A DNA stretch of 61,616 bases, counting the filler, from Sphacelaria rigidula (taxonomy: Eukaryota): assembly GCA_964200075.2 (NCBI GenBank). It is 11 parts of 11 records of this genome, joined end to end, with 100 filler letters (N's around TTAATTAATTAA, not from the genome) between each part and the next. Parts side by side here need not be neighbours in the genome. Positions count along the whole stretch, not along the records: positions 22,446 to 27,956 come from CAXNAA020026739.1; positions 28,057 to 33,566 come from CAXNAA020026740.1; positions 33,667 to 39,176 come from CAXNAA020026741.1; 8 more parts are not named here. One strand, given 5' to 3'. The first letter of the stretch is position 1, and each line of letters starts with the position of its first letter. The translations under genes and the position numbers were made by a program. The notes below the pieces were generated by a model that had not been told where the DNA came from, did not search any database, and saw only the letters and a list, made by a program, of their open reading frames with translations. This document shows positions 23,698 through 34,849 of the stretch, piece after piece.

Positions 23698-26600
23698 TCA
23701 AGCCACGAACACGTTAATCTTGCTTCCCACACTTGCGTTGCAGACGGGACACGTCGTGCAGTCAGCGCTGCATTCTCTGCAGTTGACGAGGTGCATGCAT
23801 GGTGTGAACACCACCGAGCGCGTGTTGGCCATGCACACCACACAATTTGTCTTGGCCTCCGCGGCCTGCGCCTTAAGCTTCCCTTCGTTCGTCTCCCTCT
23901 CAGCCCGCTCCACCTGACCCTCCGCATCTTCCCTCCTGGTCTGTTCAACTCTAATCTTTCTGTCTGCCTCGGCCACCCGGTCTTTTAAAACTTGCCTCTT
24001 CCGCTGCTCCTTCTTCATGGCTGCATCTGCTCCTGCCATCCGCCCCTGCAGCTCTTCGCTTTTGAACTTTTCTAACCGAATGTGTTGCTGAACCTTCGTC
24101 ACCTGCTCTTGCAGGCCCCGTATCTTGGCGAGTAGCAACTTATTCTGCTCCTGTGAGTGCGTCGACCGCGCTTGCAGCGCCCGAATCTTGGACTGCTCCA
24201 TAGCCCGGCCTTGTTCCACCACCCTCAGCTTGCTCTCCACTTCTTCTCTTTTGCGCTGCTCCGTCCGGGTCTCGGCATTTGCCTGCGCTACCCGCACCCG
24301 CAAGACTTGCGCCGTTCCGCTGAGACGACCCTCCAAACGCTCTACCTTACTCTGTTGCTCCCTGACACGCAGATTGGTCTGCGCCACGAGCTCATCGGCG
24401 CGGGCCACTCGCCCTTCCAACTCCATTCTCTTAGCCACTTCAGCGGAATGATTATCCTGCGATACCTGAAGTTCTTCTCTCACGGACACGCCGACGCTCT
24501 CCAGCTCTTTGATCCTGGCCTTGTCCGCTTGCGAAGTCTCGCGGAGCGACACGAACTGAGTCCTCAGTCTCGCTTGCTCACGACTAACGCGACCAGCTTC
24601 GGCCTGAATGTCTGCCACATCTGCGGTGGCGCACTGGATCGCCTCTTTGTTGGGATCGAGGTTCCCAGCGACAAGAAGCTTACCCACGCACACTCTGAGG
24701 TGCTCAATTTCACTCGCGACGTCTTGGGGAACGGATCCGACGTCGTCGGCTTCAGCCTTAGAAATCAGTGCTTGCGCCACTTGCTGCGATTCCTCGGTTG
24801 CTCTTTTCGCCTGCAACAGTAAAAAATGCACACATAATATTGTGCAGCAGGCCAGCACACGGTTTTGACTGATATGCACGCGCGCAGGCTACTTTATTCC
24901 CCGACATGCTACAAACATTTACAGCCCGATGCTGGCGCCCTCCTCACCCACAAAATATATTCGCACTTGGATCTTTACAAGACGGCGTAAATTCGAACAC
25001 CCGCACAAGGGCGGACATGGGACCATGAGATGCATCGAGATGCTGCAGTGTCATGTTCGATCAAGGCCAGACAGCTGAACAGCTTGTGGTACGGAAACAT
25101 CGACGGTGTCAGATTTCCTTCCCCCGAAGTAGATCACACGCACATCACATCTTACAGTACACCACCTGATCATACCCAGCGTTGCACAACATCAGTATCT
25201 TAGAAGATTTACGTGACCGCCTGCAAGCACTCGCCTCAGCCAGCTGCTTTTCCAGCCCCTCGCGACACTTGTCCCAGGTGGCTCGATCTGACGCTCGAGC
25301 GCTCTCCAAAGTTTCACTTGAGCTTTTGTACTCGCTGGTCAGGAAGAGCACGAACAACATGCAGCATAAACAAACGGCGAACAATAGATACTGCGATCAG
25401 GGAACGTCAAAGCGAAGGCCCAAGAGCATGGTTAAGAGGTAAACGCTAGCTTGTATGTGCCGGGGTGCAAGCAATGGGCGTGACTTTCCCACACGGAAAA
25501 TTCTCGTAGAATCATGCTGTTTTCTTAAAATGTGCTTTCGACCCGATTAGGGGCAGAATGAGTAAACTCGCCAACCATAAGAGAAAAATCACCACGTGCC
25601 TGACCATTTGCTGTACCTCATCGACAACACGAATGGCTAGAAGAAAAAACAGTAAGTCAAGCGTACATTTAGCACACCTTTGAAAAGCCCGTCTAGCCTG
25701 CTAATTGTTCAGTAGGAAACGGGTTCACCAGCCAAATATTGTTTCGCGGGGGGTGTTGTGCGGCAGAAATCTCTCAACTGCGCAGAATACCCCGTTGTGG
25801 ATGAGGAAATTCCAACTGTCCCGGCCTAGTCCATGTCGACCTAGCAAAGCACCGGTCGCGCCACGTCTGGAGGGATGCCGCTGAGTCTTGTGTGGAGTAT
25901 TACCCGCCAAGACAGCTACAGGATCAACCCCAAGTGCTCCACCGCGTCCCTTGGCAATACAGTCGTGCTCGAGAAAATATAATACACGCGTCGTGAAACA
26001 AGCGATGCATCGTTCTGTGAAAAACTCACTTCAGTTTCGTCTCCTGAACCGCCAGTAGCTCGGTCTTTTGCTTCATCGCTTCCATGGAAGTGGACACGGA
26101 CTCAGTAAGCGTTGCGTTTTCCTGGCGAAGGACGGACATTTCCGACTCTGTCTTGGCAGCCAAGTCCTCCAACTCCTTAGTTAAAGTTTGAACTTGCCTG
26201 ACGAGACAAAGCAAGTCACACGAATGTAAGTTGGGACTACGGCATGTCAGATCAGCGATACAACTCAGCACATGGACACGTCGAAATGACTGGTGTGATT
26301 GAGCGGTGTCTTGCTAGCCGACGTGATCTACTTTCGTAGACTGAGCGTTGACGGGTGAGCGGCTTAAAAAAAAAATAGCAACGGTACCTGAGATCAAAAT
26401 TCTGCTCCTCCCGGCGCAAAAGCACACCGGCTCAAGCCTGAACTTCCATTTTGACGGCGCCAACGAGATCGGATGGAGGCCTTGACTTCACCTGGACCAA
26501 AGGCACACCTGCGGGTGACTAGTTTGGTGCGGCTTAAGCGTCACACCCTACAATCAGCGACCACATTTATAAACCCTAGACAACATGTTCAATCCCAAAA

Positions 26601-27555
26601 ATGTAAGGTTTGTACAGCGGTTGATACGCCGCTACCTTGAGTCAACTTGTTTGTGGACGGCCTCAAAGACAAGCACCTTCTACCGACAAGTGCGTGCCAC
26701 CTGCGCTATCCGAACGACATGAACGGCACAGGAAACAACAACCGCATCGGTTGCAAACAGTAGTTGCCCCGGTTCACCAAGCCAACAAGAAAACGTGTGT
26801 CATGCGATAACGAGCACGTACAATTCACGCGCATTTCACGTTTTTGAGTCACCGGCCGAAAACAGCACTCGAAGACGATGTACGGATAATGACGTCGGAT
26901 GCCAATGGTTACGGAACTTAGTCTGTTGGCGTTTTTGTTTTGAAAACACGAAACAAACTCCCTGAGCGCATGGGAGCATTGCAAGGTCGACGAAATGATA
27001 AATGACGTCAGAACGAAGGTATTACGTTTCCAGCTCTGCGACTGACGGGCGGTGCCCTTTACTCGGATGTATACTTTACAGACACACCACTTTCATCGAG
27101 TATTACTGCAACAAAAACGAGGGAAAACGCTCACCGGTTCTTATTCTCCACCAAGACCCTCACGGCCGCGATCTCACCCTTGTGCGAGTTACGTTCGGTA
27201 GCCAGCTCTTGCTCCAACGCAGTCGCCCTGTCCTCATGTACTTCCACAACACCTGTTCCGGGTGTCTTACCCGCTCCTAACCAATGAAAAATCATCCGGT
27301 AGCTGAAATCTTGGGCGGCCTTCAGGTCCTTCTGTATCTCCTCCTTGTCCTTGTCGGCCTCGGCGCGATAAAATTCGGCATCATGCAGTTTGCTAGTGAG
27401 TTCGTTTACTTGTTCCCTGAGCACTTTCGTGTTCTCTTCAAGCTGGGAAGAGAAGTGGCGCTGTTGGGCGCTGACTTCTGCTTCCCAGCTGGCCGCGGCG
27501 TCCTTAAGGAAGGCTGGCAGCTGCGTCGGCTGACTCGCACGTCTACCCTGCCCAC
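23698..27555 (-). CDS. Coiled-coil protein with C-terminal C3HC4 RING (putative E3 ubiquitin ligase), 5'-incomplete. Exons 27555-27135, 26197-26030, 25334-25235, 24810-23698
   Basis: RING CVVC..VVFTPCMHLVNCRECSADCTTCPVC; heptad-rich body; splice phases agree across all three introns (CG|G, AA|C, GAG|GCG); donors GTGAGC, GTGAGT, GCGAGT. Confidence 0.85.
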
Positions 27556-28996
27556 CTACGTGAAACACACTACAAAGAAAGGAGCAAAAGCAAGGTAAAA
27601 ACAGCACGGGCCGCTTCGTCTGATCCACATGCTGCAGCATTTAGAAACGTTGAAAGGTGAATCATGTTTTGTCATCGCCACTTTCTCGCCGCCCGCAGAC
27701 AAGAGGCCTTGCACTTCCGGGTGGTTGCAATCTAGCCTGAACACTCATAGCGGCCTTGGTCAATAACACCGGCATCGCACGATTCGTGCCTTTCTTGGAA
27801 TGTGTGGTGCTTCCAACACTTTTCATGTACTGCTGCTGGATTTTACGGCACTTCTGCGTTCACCAGTACAGGGGGCCAACACCGCCACGTGTTTTTTTTT
27901 TTTCTTCATTGATTGTCGCACTTTGACTGACCCCCCAGGGGTCCAGCTGTGATTTCNNNNNNNNNNNNNNNNNNNNNNNNNNNNNNNNNNNNNNNNNNNN
28001 TTAATTAATTAANNNNNNNNNNNNNNNNNNNNNNNNNNNNNNNNNNNNNNNNNNNNCCCGGCTTTGTAGGGATGCGCCGTCTCTGGTCTGATGACTATGG
28101 TATCCCCCCCCCCCCCTCCCGCGCGCGCGCTTTTTCATTACAAAGCGCACTTGTAGAAACTGTGTGTCGATATTCGTTGCTTGCAATTGTAATTCTACCA
28201 TTCTCGTGTGAAACGAGCCATTTCTTACTTGAGGTGAGGATGCGTTGGAGCTGAGCTCTTTCATCTTCACGAGTGTCATGTGTGGAAACAACATCGTTCT
28301 CACTTGATCAATTAGTGCAAGACGTACATCATGGCCCATTTTGGCAGTGAACGAGTTGATAAAAACTGTCGAGTCCTGTTCAATTTGTTCGATATTTTAT
28401 TATCCCCCTTCACTACTCTCATGCGAAGTGGTCATAAGAAGAAGACTAAGTACAAGATACGAATTAGTGGTCCCGCGGTCAATTTGGTCTCTATTGCGAA
28501 GCTAGTACTTCCGAAATGACGGCACATCTACCGAGTCGTCATTTCTGTTTCGTACTTTGCCCATGTTGTCCGAGCAGTTGGTGTGCAGTAGGGCTCGTTT
28601 AAACAAGATCATCTCGATATTGGCATTGCACAGGTATTGTGGTGTCATGCGATCAGTGACCACGGCAGGCACGTGTATCGCGTGGCGATCTCTAATATGC
28701 GATACGGTTAGCTGTGCCACAGTTCAATAATAAGCGTGTAGGGGGGCGCATCTATTGCGTTAGCGTTACTCATGTACAGTATTCGTCATTTTCATTGGTG
28801 TACTCTTCGCTGTTACTACGCGATTATTCGTCGTGTATTCACAATCCATACGCACCGAAGAATACGCTGTATATGACACCCGGCTTATGGATCTCTGGAA
28901 TCCGAATACTCGTCACCGAGGGTGGTATTAAAGGGGGAGTGGTATACCACCTACCCCGAGTCACTGGTGTAGGTACTGCTGCATTATTAGAATAGC

Positions 28997-29200
28997 TGAA
29001 GCCCCATTTACCCGGGGACATTTATCAAGGGGCGGTGGTTCACTCCGCACTCTGCGCTACAGTTTTACATGTGGCATGCTGACAACTGCGATTCCCTTGA
29101 TACAACCGCAGCAGGGCACCACGTTTTTTTATCACGGTGGTACCCGCAACAAATCCGATTTGCCAGGGAGCTACAGCGGCCGTTCAGCCCCGCGCCATCC
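28997..29200 (-). ncRNA. Putative omega-RNA scaffold / element right end downstream of the Fanzor-like gene
   Basis: Minus-strand hairpins GCGGGTACCACCG..CGTGGTGCCCTGC and CTGCGGTT..AATCGCAG, then a terminal CCCC-GGGTAAAT-GGGG hairpin followed by CTTCA. Confidence 0.4.
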
Positions 29201-30145
29201 AGTATCGCAGTTCTGGAAATTAACACATGATTGGGCCTTGCGATGTTGCACTAGCGGATAGCCAGCCGCCGTTCCGTACATGACCAAGTGCCGAACACCG
29301 TTCACCGCATCGCGGTCCCGCGAAAAGTAAGTGCCGTATGGGGAAATGACCGAGCAAAAGTACTTCTTCCGAAGTGAATTTGTTACTCGCTTCTTCCCTA
29401 GAGCTCCAGATATCTGCCAGGATGTCCACATTCCGCTCCCGTGTGAATGCGATCTCCTCGTTCACGTATTTGCGGGTCGGGGGGGTTGCCTGAACTCTGA
29501 AACAGGTGGAAATCAGGGCCACTTGCGTCCAAGCGGTGGAAGCCTTGAGGGTCGCGCTTTCGGTCCGAGGGGTGATGGTGTATAGCGTGGACATAGATTG
29601 GAGACTCTGGAGGGAAGGCAGCCGCCTCAAGAATGTAATTGCGCCCCATCACCGAACGCTTACTGGGTTTTACTAGCCGGTCTGTAAAATCTGTACTTGA
29701 GCGTAGTGGTGCGGTCAAGAAGAAGGCGTCTGCAGTGCAGCGGGATGGTGGCATGCGGGGCTTGCAGGAGGGACGCGGTACACAGCTCGCGCTTTTTGGC
29801 GGGGTACACTGTCGGTAGTGAGTGTGGCCGCGCATTCTTCCGCGGCGGGTGGATGACACGTGCACATGGTGTATTAGATGTACACTCTGTGTGTGGCAAG
29901 CCTTGGTATGTTCGTGTCAAGCACAGGCGCTGGTTCTGTTGCGTCCGTACGCGTTTAGCTGTGTGATTGTGGGCACCCTGCTGTTGGTGATCACTGTGGG
30001 TTGCGATGCTTCTGTTCCCCCTTATCCTCTACATTTGACCCCATGTTGTCGGCTCATGCACGAGTCGTTGGTTAGATACAGTGTACGTTCGCCCGGTGAA
30101 ACGGTCAACGAGTGAAGTCATGCCCAATGGCCGAGAAATAAGTTG

Positions 30146-30183
<38 letters not shown>

Positions 30184-31127
30184 AACATCCAACTCACTGA
30201 GGCACGGTCATGTTGGCCGTCGGTTCTGATGCAGTTGTAACAGTTGAGCTTTCACCCAATTACGGTCGTTGGTTTTAGATTTTTTACGGTCCCATGAAAT
30301 GTTTGGGTCTAGTTCTGCTTCAGTCATGCGCACATGTTGTGTTTTCCAACTGTTTTTGTGTTCGATTATGTAATGCGTATGAGCAGGGTGCTGTTTCCGT
30401 TATGTGATATAGATCTCGGCGGTGAATTGAAACAGGTGAAACGGTGAGCACAGCTTTTGAAATTGTATGGTCGTTTGCATGATTGTGCCTGTTGTGTCGC
30501 ACGGCAAGTGTGGGGCCGTGAGCACCATGTTGCGTCGGTTTGGGTATATATATATACGGCAGTCCTACACTTGATTACACCTTACACCCCATCTATAAAG
30601 GAGAATGGTCTGCTTGGATTGAATCTCAATCCCTTTTCTTCGTCAAGACTGAGCTCTATTGTTTCTTCGATGTACAGGGATTTTTGTCGGGTGCATAGTA
30701 TAGTTTCCATTTTTTTGTAACGACGAAGTCCGTAGGTGTTCGGAGCCCTAGGCTCTGCTTTCGTGCAATGGTGTTTCTTGAACGCAGTGGTGGTGTGTCG
30801 GTGAGTGATGTGAAACAACATATATACGGTTTTCCTGTGCGTGGCGTGGGGTGTGATCCGCAGTACAGTATTCTTGTCCGAAATCTGAGTCATGAAGCCC
30901 CTGTTTTGGGTGTTTCTCGGGAATTGATTTCAATCTTGATCTTGCTTGAATCTAGATATCTCGTTCGGGGCATGTACGTATGCACGCGACTGTCGTGCTG
31001 TGAGCACTTCGTGAACATGTGCCTCACAGTCGAGCAAGGGCACGGGAAGGGGCACGGATTGATGCAATGGAAGATGATGTGTGATGACCACGCAGTGTGA
31101 CTGTCGACGTCGGTTGAAGGTCTGCAT
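29171..31127 (-). pseudogene. Fanzor/TnpB-like RuvC nuclease pseudogene (multiple frameshifts)
   Basis: Motifs in TnpB/Fanzor order: VITHHLPLH..ALARL*GTCSRSAH..TVA; LRITPH..RKTV..TTAFKK; ELDV[(TA)n]INLFLG (RuvC-I, ~30190); LH..AFFL..HYAQVQ..DFTDRLVK; ITPRTESATLK (E at 29561); KKYFCS..YGTYFSRDRDAVNG (D at 29317). Confidence 0.55.
30147..30182. repeat. (TA)n microsatellite
   Basis: Direct reading; it interrupts the putative RuvC-I motif. Confidence 0.9.
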
Positions 31128-31164
31128 TTCGCTGGTGTAAGCGTCGGGGTTGGGTCAAGTCGGG

Positions 31165-31210
31165 TTGGATGACGTCAGTCGTCACCCAAATAATATATCG
31201 GCCAATCAGA
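31165..31210 (-). promoter_or_regulatory. Possible Pol II promoter elements upstream of the Fanzor-like ATG
   Basis: CCAAT box, TATATTAT and a TGACGTCA palindrome within ~85 bp of the ATG at 31127. Confidence 0.25.
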
Positions 31211-31694
31211 ATAGCTGGTTTTGTTTTGGCCTATCGGATAAATGCGTCAACCGTGGTGGAACATGTTGTGTGCATATCGTAGCAAAAGGACTTTCTTCAC
31301 AGAAGAAAATAGACGTTGTACTTGATCACAAGCGCACGTATGACCATCAATTTGCGCGTCTCTAAAAAATGTAGTCCAAGGGAGTGTTTTGATTTTTCAT
31401 CTTTTCTTGCTGCTCCCGAGTGGTGTTGCCTTCTGCCGAGAACCGTTGTCCCTCCTGAGTCACGCGTTATCGTCTAGCCGTATCTGATGAAATCCACTTC
31501 GGTTGAGATAACGGAAAGCGAGGCGATGACGGAAACGGGTAAGTAGTAGGGCTGTGAACAGGTGGCTCTGATCATTCAAGTTTCAACTGGCCGCGCCAGG
31601 GGCCAGCAAATCGACGCCCCCCCCCCCCCAGCACCGCCTGCTGCGGCAAAAATCCGGCGTGCTCCGTCCCGGCTTGTAAGAACGGACACCTTCT

Positions 31695-32210
31695 GGGGTT
31701 GGCGTCGGTTGGCGATGACGCCGTGAAATACGCCACTCACTGCGCAAGCTAGGCAACCAGGTTACCGATTTGTTTTGTTGCGCGCTTGCGTTTGTTTTGC
31801 GGCAACCATGATGGTCGAGCTATATCATATTGCGCGGTGTGGGAGAACCTCAACTCCGCGCGAAGGGATAGCCGCACTATCTACTGTTCAAATGGTGAGA
31901 CACCCATCAGGGAGTGTGCAAGACGTAGCTGTCTGTGGAATGACGATACCAGAAAATGAAATGGCTCATTGGAGGCAGTCATCCGCATGCAAAATTATCT
32001 GCACGCTTCGGGCCGAATAGCTGATAGCAGGATGCAGTTCACGCTTCATGCGACTCGCCGAACACATCACGGCGCGTCGCGCTTGGTGACAGATTGCGAG
32101 CCTAGTAGGGCGAATACCCGGTGTGCCCCGTCCCGACCTTATGGGGATGCGAGGTCAATGGTCATGACTATGGCATGCAAGATGATGAGTACAACCCCCC
32201 CCCCCCCCCA
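31695..32210 (+). mobile_element. SINE-like repeat family A, copy 3
   Basis: Full length from GGGGTTGGCGTCGG to GAGTACAA + poly-C. Confidence 0.8.
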
Positions 32211-32356
32211 CCGCCCAAGCCCGAACGAACGAACACACCCAACAGACACANNNNNNNNNNCCCCCGCCACGCCCCACCGTCAGGGGTGAGGAGGTGAAGC
32301 GGTCCAATGCCACGCCGAAAGAGAACATGCCCCCCCCCCCCCCCCCCCCCCCCGGG

Positions 32357-32640
32357 TCGTGAAGGTGGCATGAAATCGTTTGATGCATTAGGCAGTAGCG
32401 AGAAAACGATGGCTATCAAAGGAGATGAATTGTGGCCACAGACGGCAAAACGGGAAGAGGATGAGATATGCAGAAGGTTTTCGTACAATGTATGGAATAA
32501 ACGCAGTGAGCACCTGAACGTTGGAGGTGTCTTAATCAAGAGTAGGAACGGTGCTCGGTCTCGAAAGGGATGCGTGGTCAATGGCCAAACGACTACGGCA
32601 AGCAACGAATGAGTACGCCCCATTCCCCATCCCCCCTCCC
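32357..32640 (+). mobile_element. LINE family B ORF2 C-terminus and 3' tail
   Basis: MKSFDALGSSEKTMAIKGDELWPQTAK...KGCVVNGQTTTASNE*; overlaps the 54140-54400 fragment at M(K/E)SFDAL. Confidence 0.7.
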
Positions 32641-34849
32641 GGCTCGCGAGGGGGCTCCGCGGGAGCACCATAGGAGGCAAGAAGAAATTCGGTATATTTG
32701 TCTAGTTTTCCTTTAAAACATCGTCCCCCTGGTGTCTGTAACACCCTTTTGAAATGTGACATGCATAGCTAGTTAAGGTAGGTTGCACACTTGCAATTGG
32801 AACCGGCCACGCGTTCGGGTCAAGGCGGCCCGCCCGCAAATGGCTCAAACGTCGGATAATAACTACCCTCTTTTGCCTTAGATTGTTCAGGCAGGGGATG
32901 CGTTGATTTCATCCCCGGGAAAGGGGATGGCGGGAAAAAAGGATAATGAGGGATTAGCATTATATGTGGTGGGGACGTTCCATGACAACCCCCGCGTGTT
33001 CGCCGTTCGTGTGTAAATGCCCATGTAACCTGTGAAACGATATATGACATCCGCCATAATGTCTGGAGGAGGGATAGAGCGAGTTCATCCCGGGGTGGGG
33101 GGAAATGAGGGAGAGGGGTGAAAGCTTCATCGTCTGCATGCATGTTTTGTCGATGTGCTACTGTGTTTAGGTGCATCGACACTCGATTGTAACATGCCAA
33201 AACGGTAGATACTAGCTAGGTGACAATTCATTGAGGGAGAGGGGAGGAATGTACATTGAATCTCCGGGGTTTGGAAACACGTTCCATCCTTCATTATTTC
33301 CATAGAACTCCATCTAAAGTATTCTGAAACAGGTTTCCTGTCATTCGAACGAATTGCTGTCCGCGCGGTGCAGGCCGGTGGATACTACCCCTAATTTCAC
33401 GGTAGGAACATCCCCCGAACGGCTGTTTCTCGCTCCCTGTGCCACCGTGCACCCCCGGCCCACATCCGACTTCATCAATGTTGTTGACACACTGTTATGT
33501 AACAGCCGATCCTAATTTTTGGGGTTGAAACATAAAATGAGGTTGAAGTCCCATTTCTCTATTGCANNNNNNNNNNNNNNNNNNNNNNNNNNNNNNNNNN
33601 NNNNNNNNNNTTAATTAATTAANNNNNNNNNNNNNNNNNNNNNNNNNNNNNNNNNNNNNNNNNNNNCCTTACCGCCGACGTGCACGCCGGAAGGTGCGGG
33701 GGGGGGGGGGGGGCGTTTACTCTCCCCCCCGCCATGTGCTGTTGCTGTGCGGCGCTCGCCGGCTGCCGGCCGGCCTCGCCTTGGACGGCCCCGGCTTGCG
33801 GTTGTGGTTGTCCGTACTGGAGAAGATGTACCTGCTGTTGAAGAGCCGAGATTGTTTGGCTCTGCTGCTGCTGTCTTTGAAGGTTTTGCTGGTGTTGCTG
33901 TTCCACACTGATGTTCGTTTTCGCCTGTGCCTGCAGGATTTGAGCTAGAATGTCTGATGGCTGACTTGGACCAGGTGGTGGTCCAAGTGGTGGTGGTGGG
34001 GGGTGCAGGTGCGTCAGTGTTCAACTGGCCTGCACTGACCTGTGGGCGGGTGTGCTGGTTGACGGAGATTGGGTTGCTGTGCGGGCTTCCGGCTTGTGGT
34101 GCCGGGACTCGGCCTGGTTCCCATCCTGCGGCCCTTCCCTCTTTTGTTCCTGCCGTTGCTCGAGCTTGGCTTTGCGAAGCTGCTGCTGCTCCCGATGCTG
34201 ATGTGCCGCCCATTGTGAAAATCGATCAAGTGCCAGGGACTATTGTATTACTGAGACTGCTGGCTTGTCGATGTCGGTCAGCTGGTCTCGAGTGCTACAG
34301 TCTGCTTCTTTGGTGCTCTTGCACCAGACCAGTCTCGCTCGCTTGAACCAACTCTATGGCGTTTGCGCCTTGGACACGCGATCCCTTATATCTTGCTTCA
34401 ACTGCGGCATACGCCAGAGCACATCCCTTATAATTCGTCATCCGCCAACCCAAACCTCGTATTCATACTGAATACACCCATTTGCAGCAATTTTTATTTT
34501 TCGATACATGAGAAGTGGCCTAACAAAGGAAAAGGAAAAAAGAAAATTGGAAGCGCGATGGAAAGCAGAGCAATCTATTTTCAACAGCGGGAACCGGATT
34601 CTTTGTACTTGTGTCAGAAAATCCCCCGCATGTGCCGGGATTCAAACCCTCAACCGTCCGCCCGAGCTCGGGTCACTTGAAACAGTCAGACAGATGATCA
34701 CCGGGGCCAAAGGGTATGACTCTAGCATAGGGTGCGTACTTGTTTCTCCTATAGAAAACTGAGATGAAAATAAAAAATATACATGAAAGCTGTGATCGCA
34801 CGTACTCGCGTTTTTGGAGCTAGAGCATGATAAATTGTACGGGGCATGA

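Noticed and set aside
23595..24868. Overlapping alternative ORFs around the RING gene
   Set aside because: Shadow frames of a GC-rich coding exon
33667..34350. Q/A/T-rich minus-strand ORFs as a retroelement ORF1 or host gene
   Set aside because: Low complexity, frameshifted and truncated by the contig end, with no diagnostic motif
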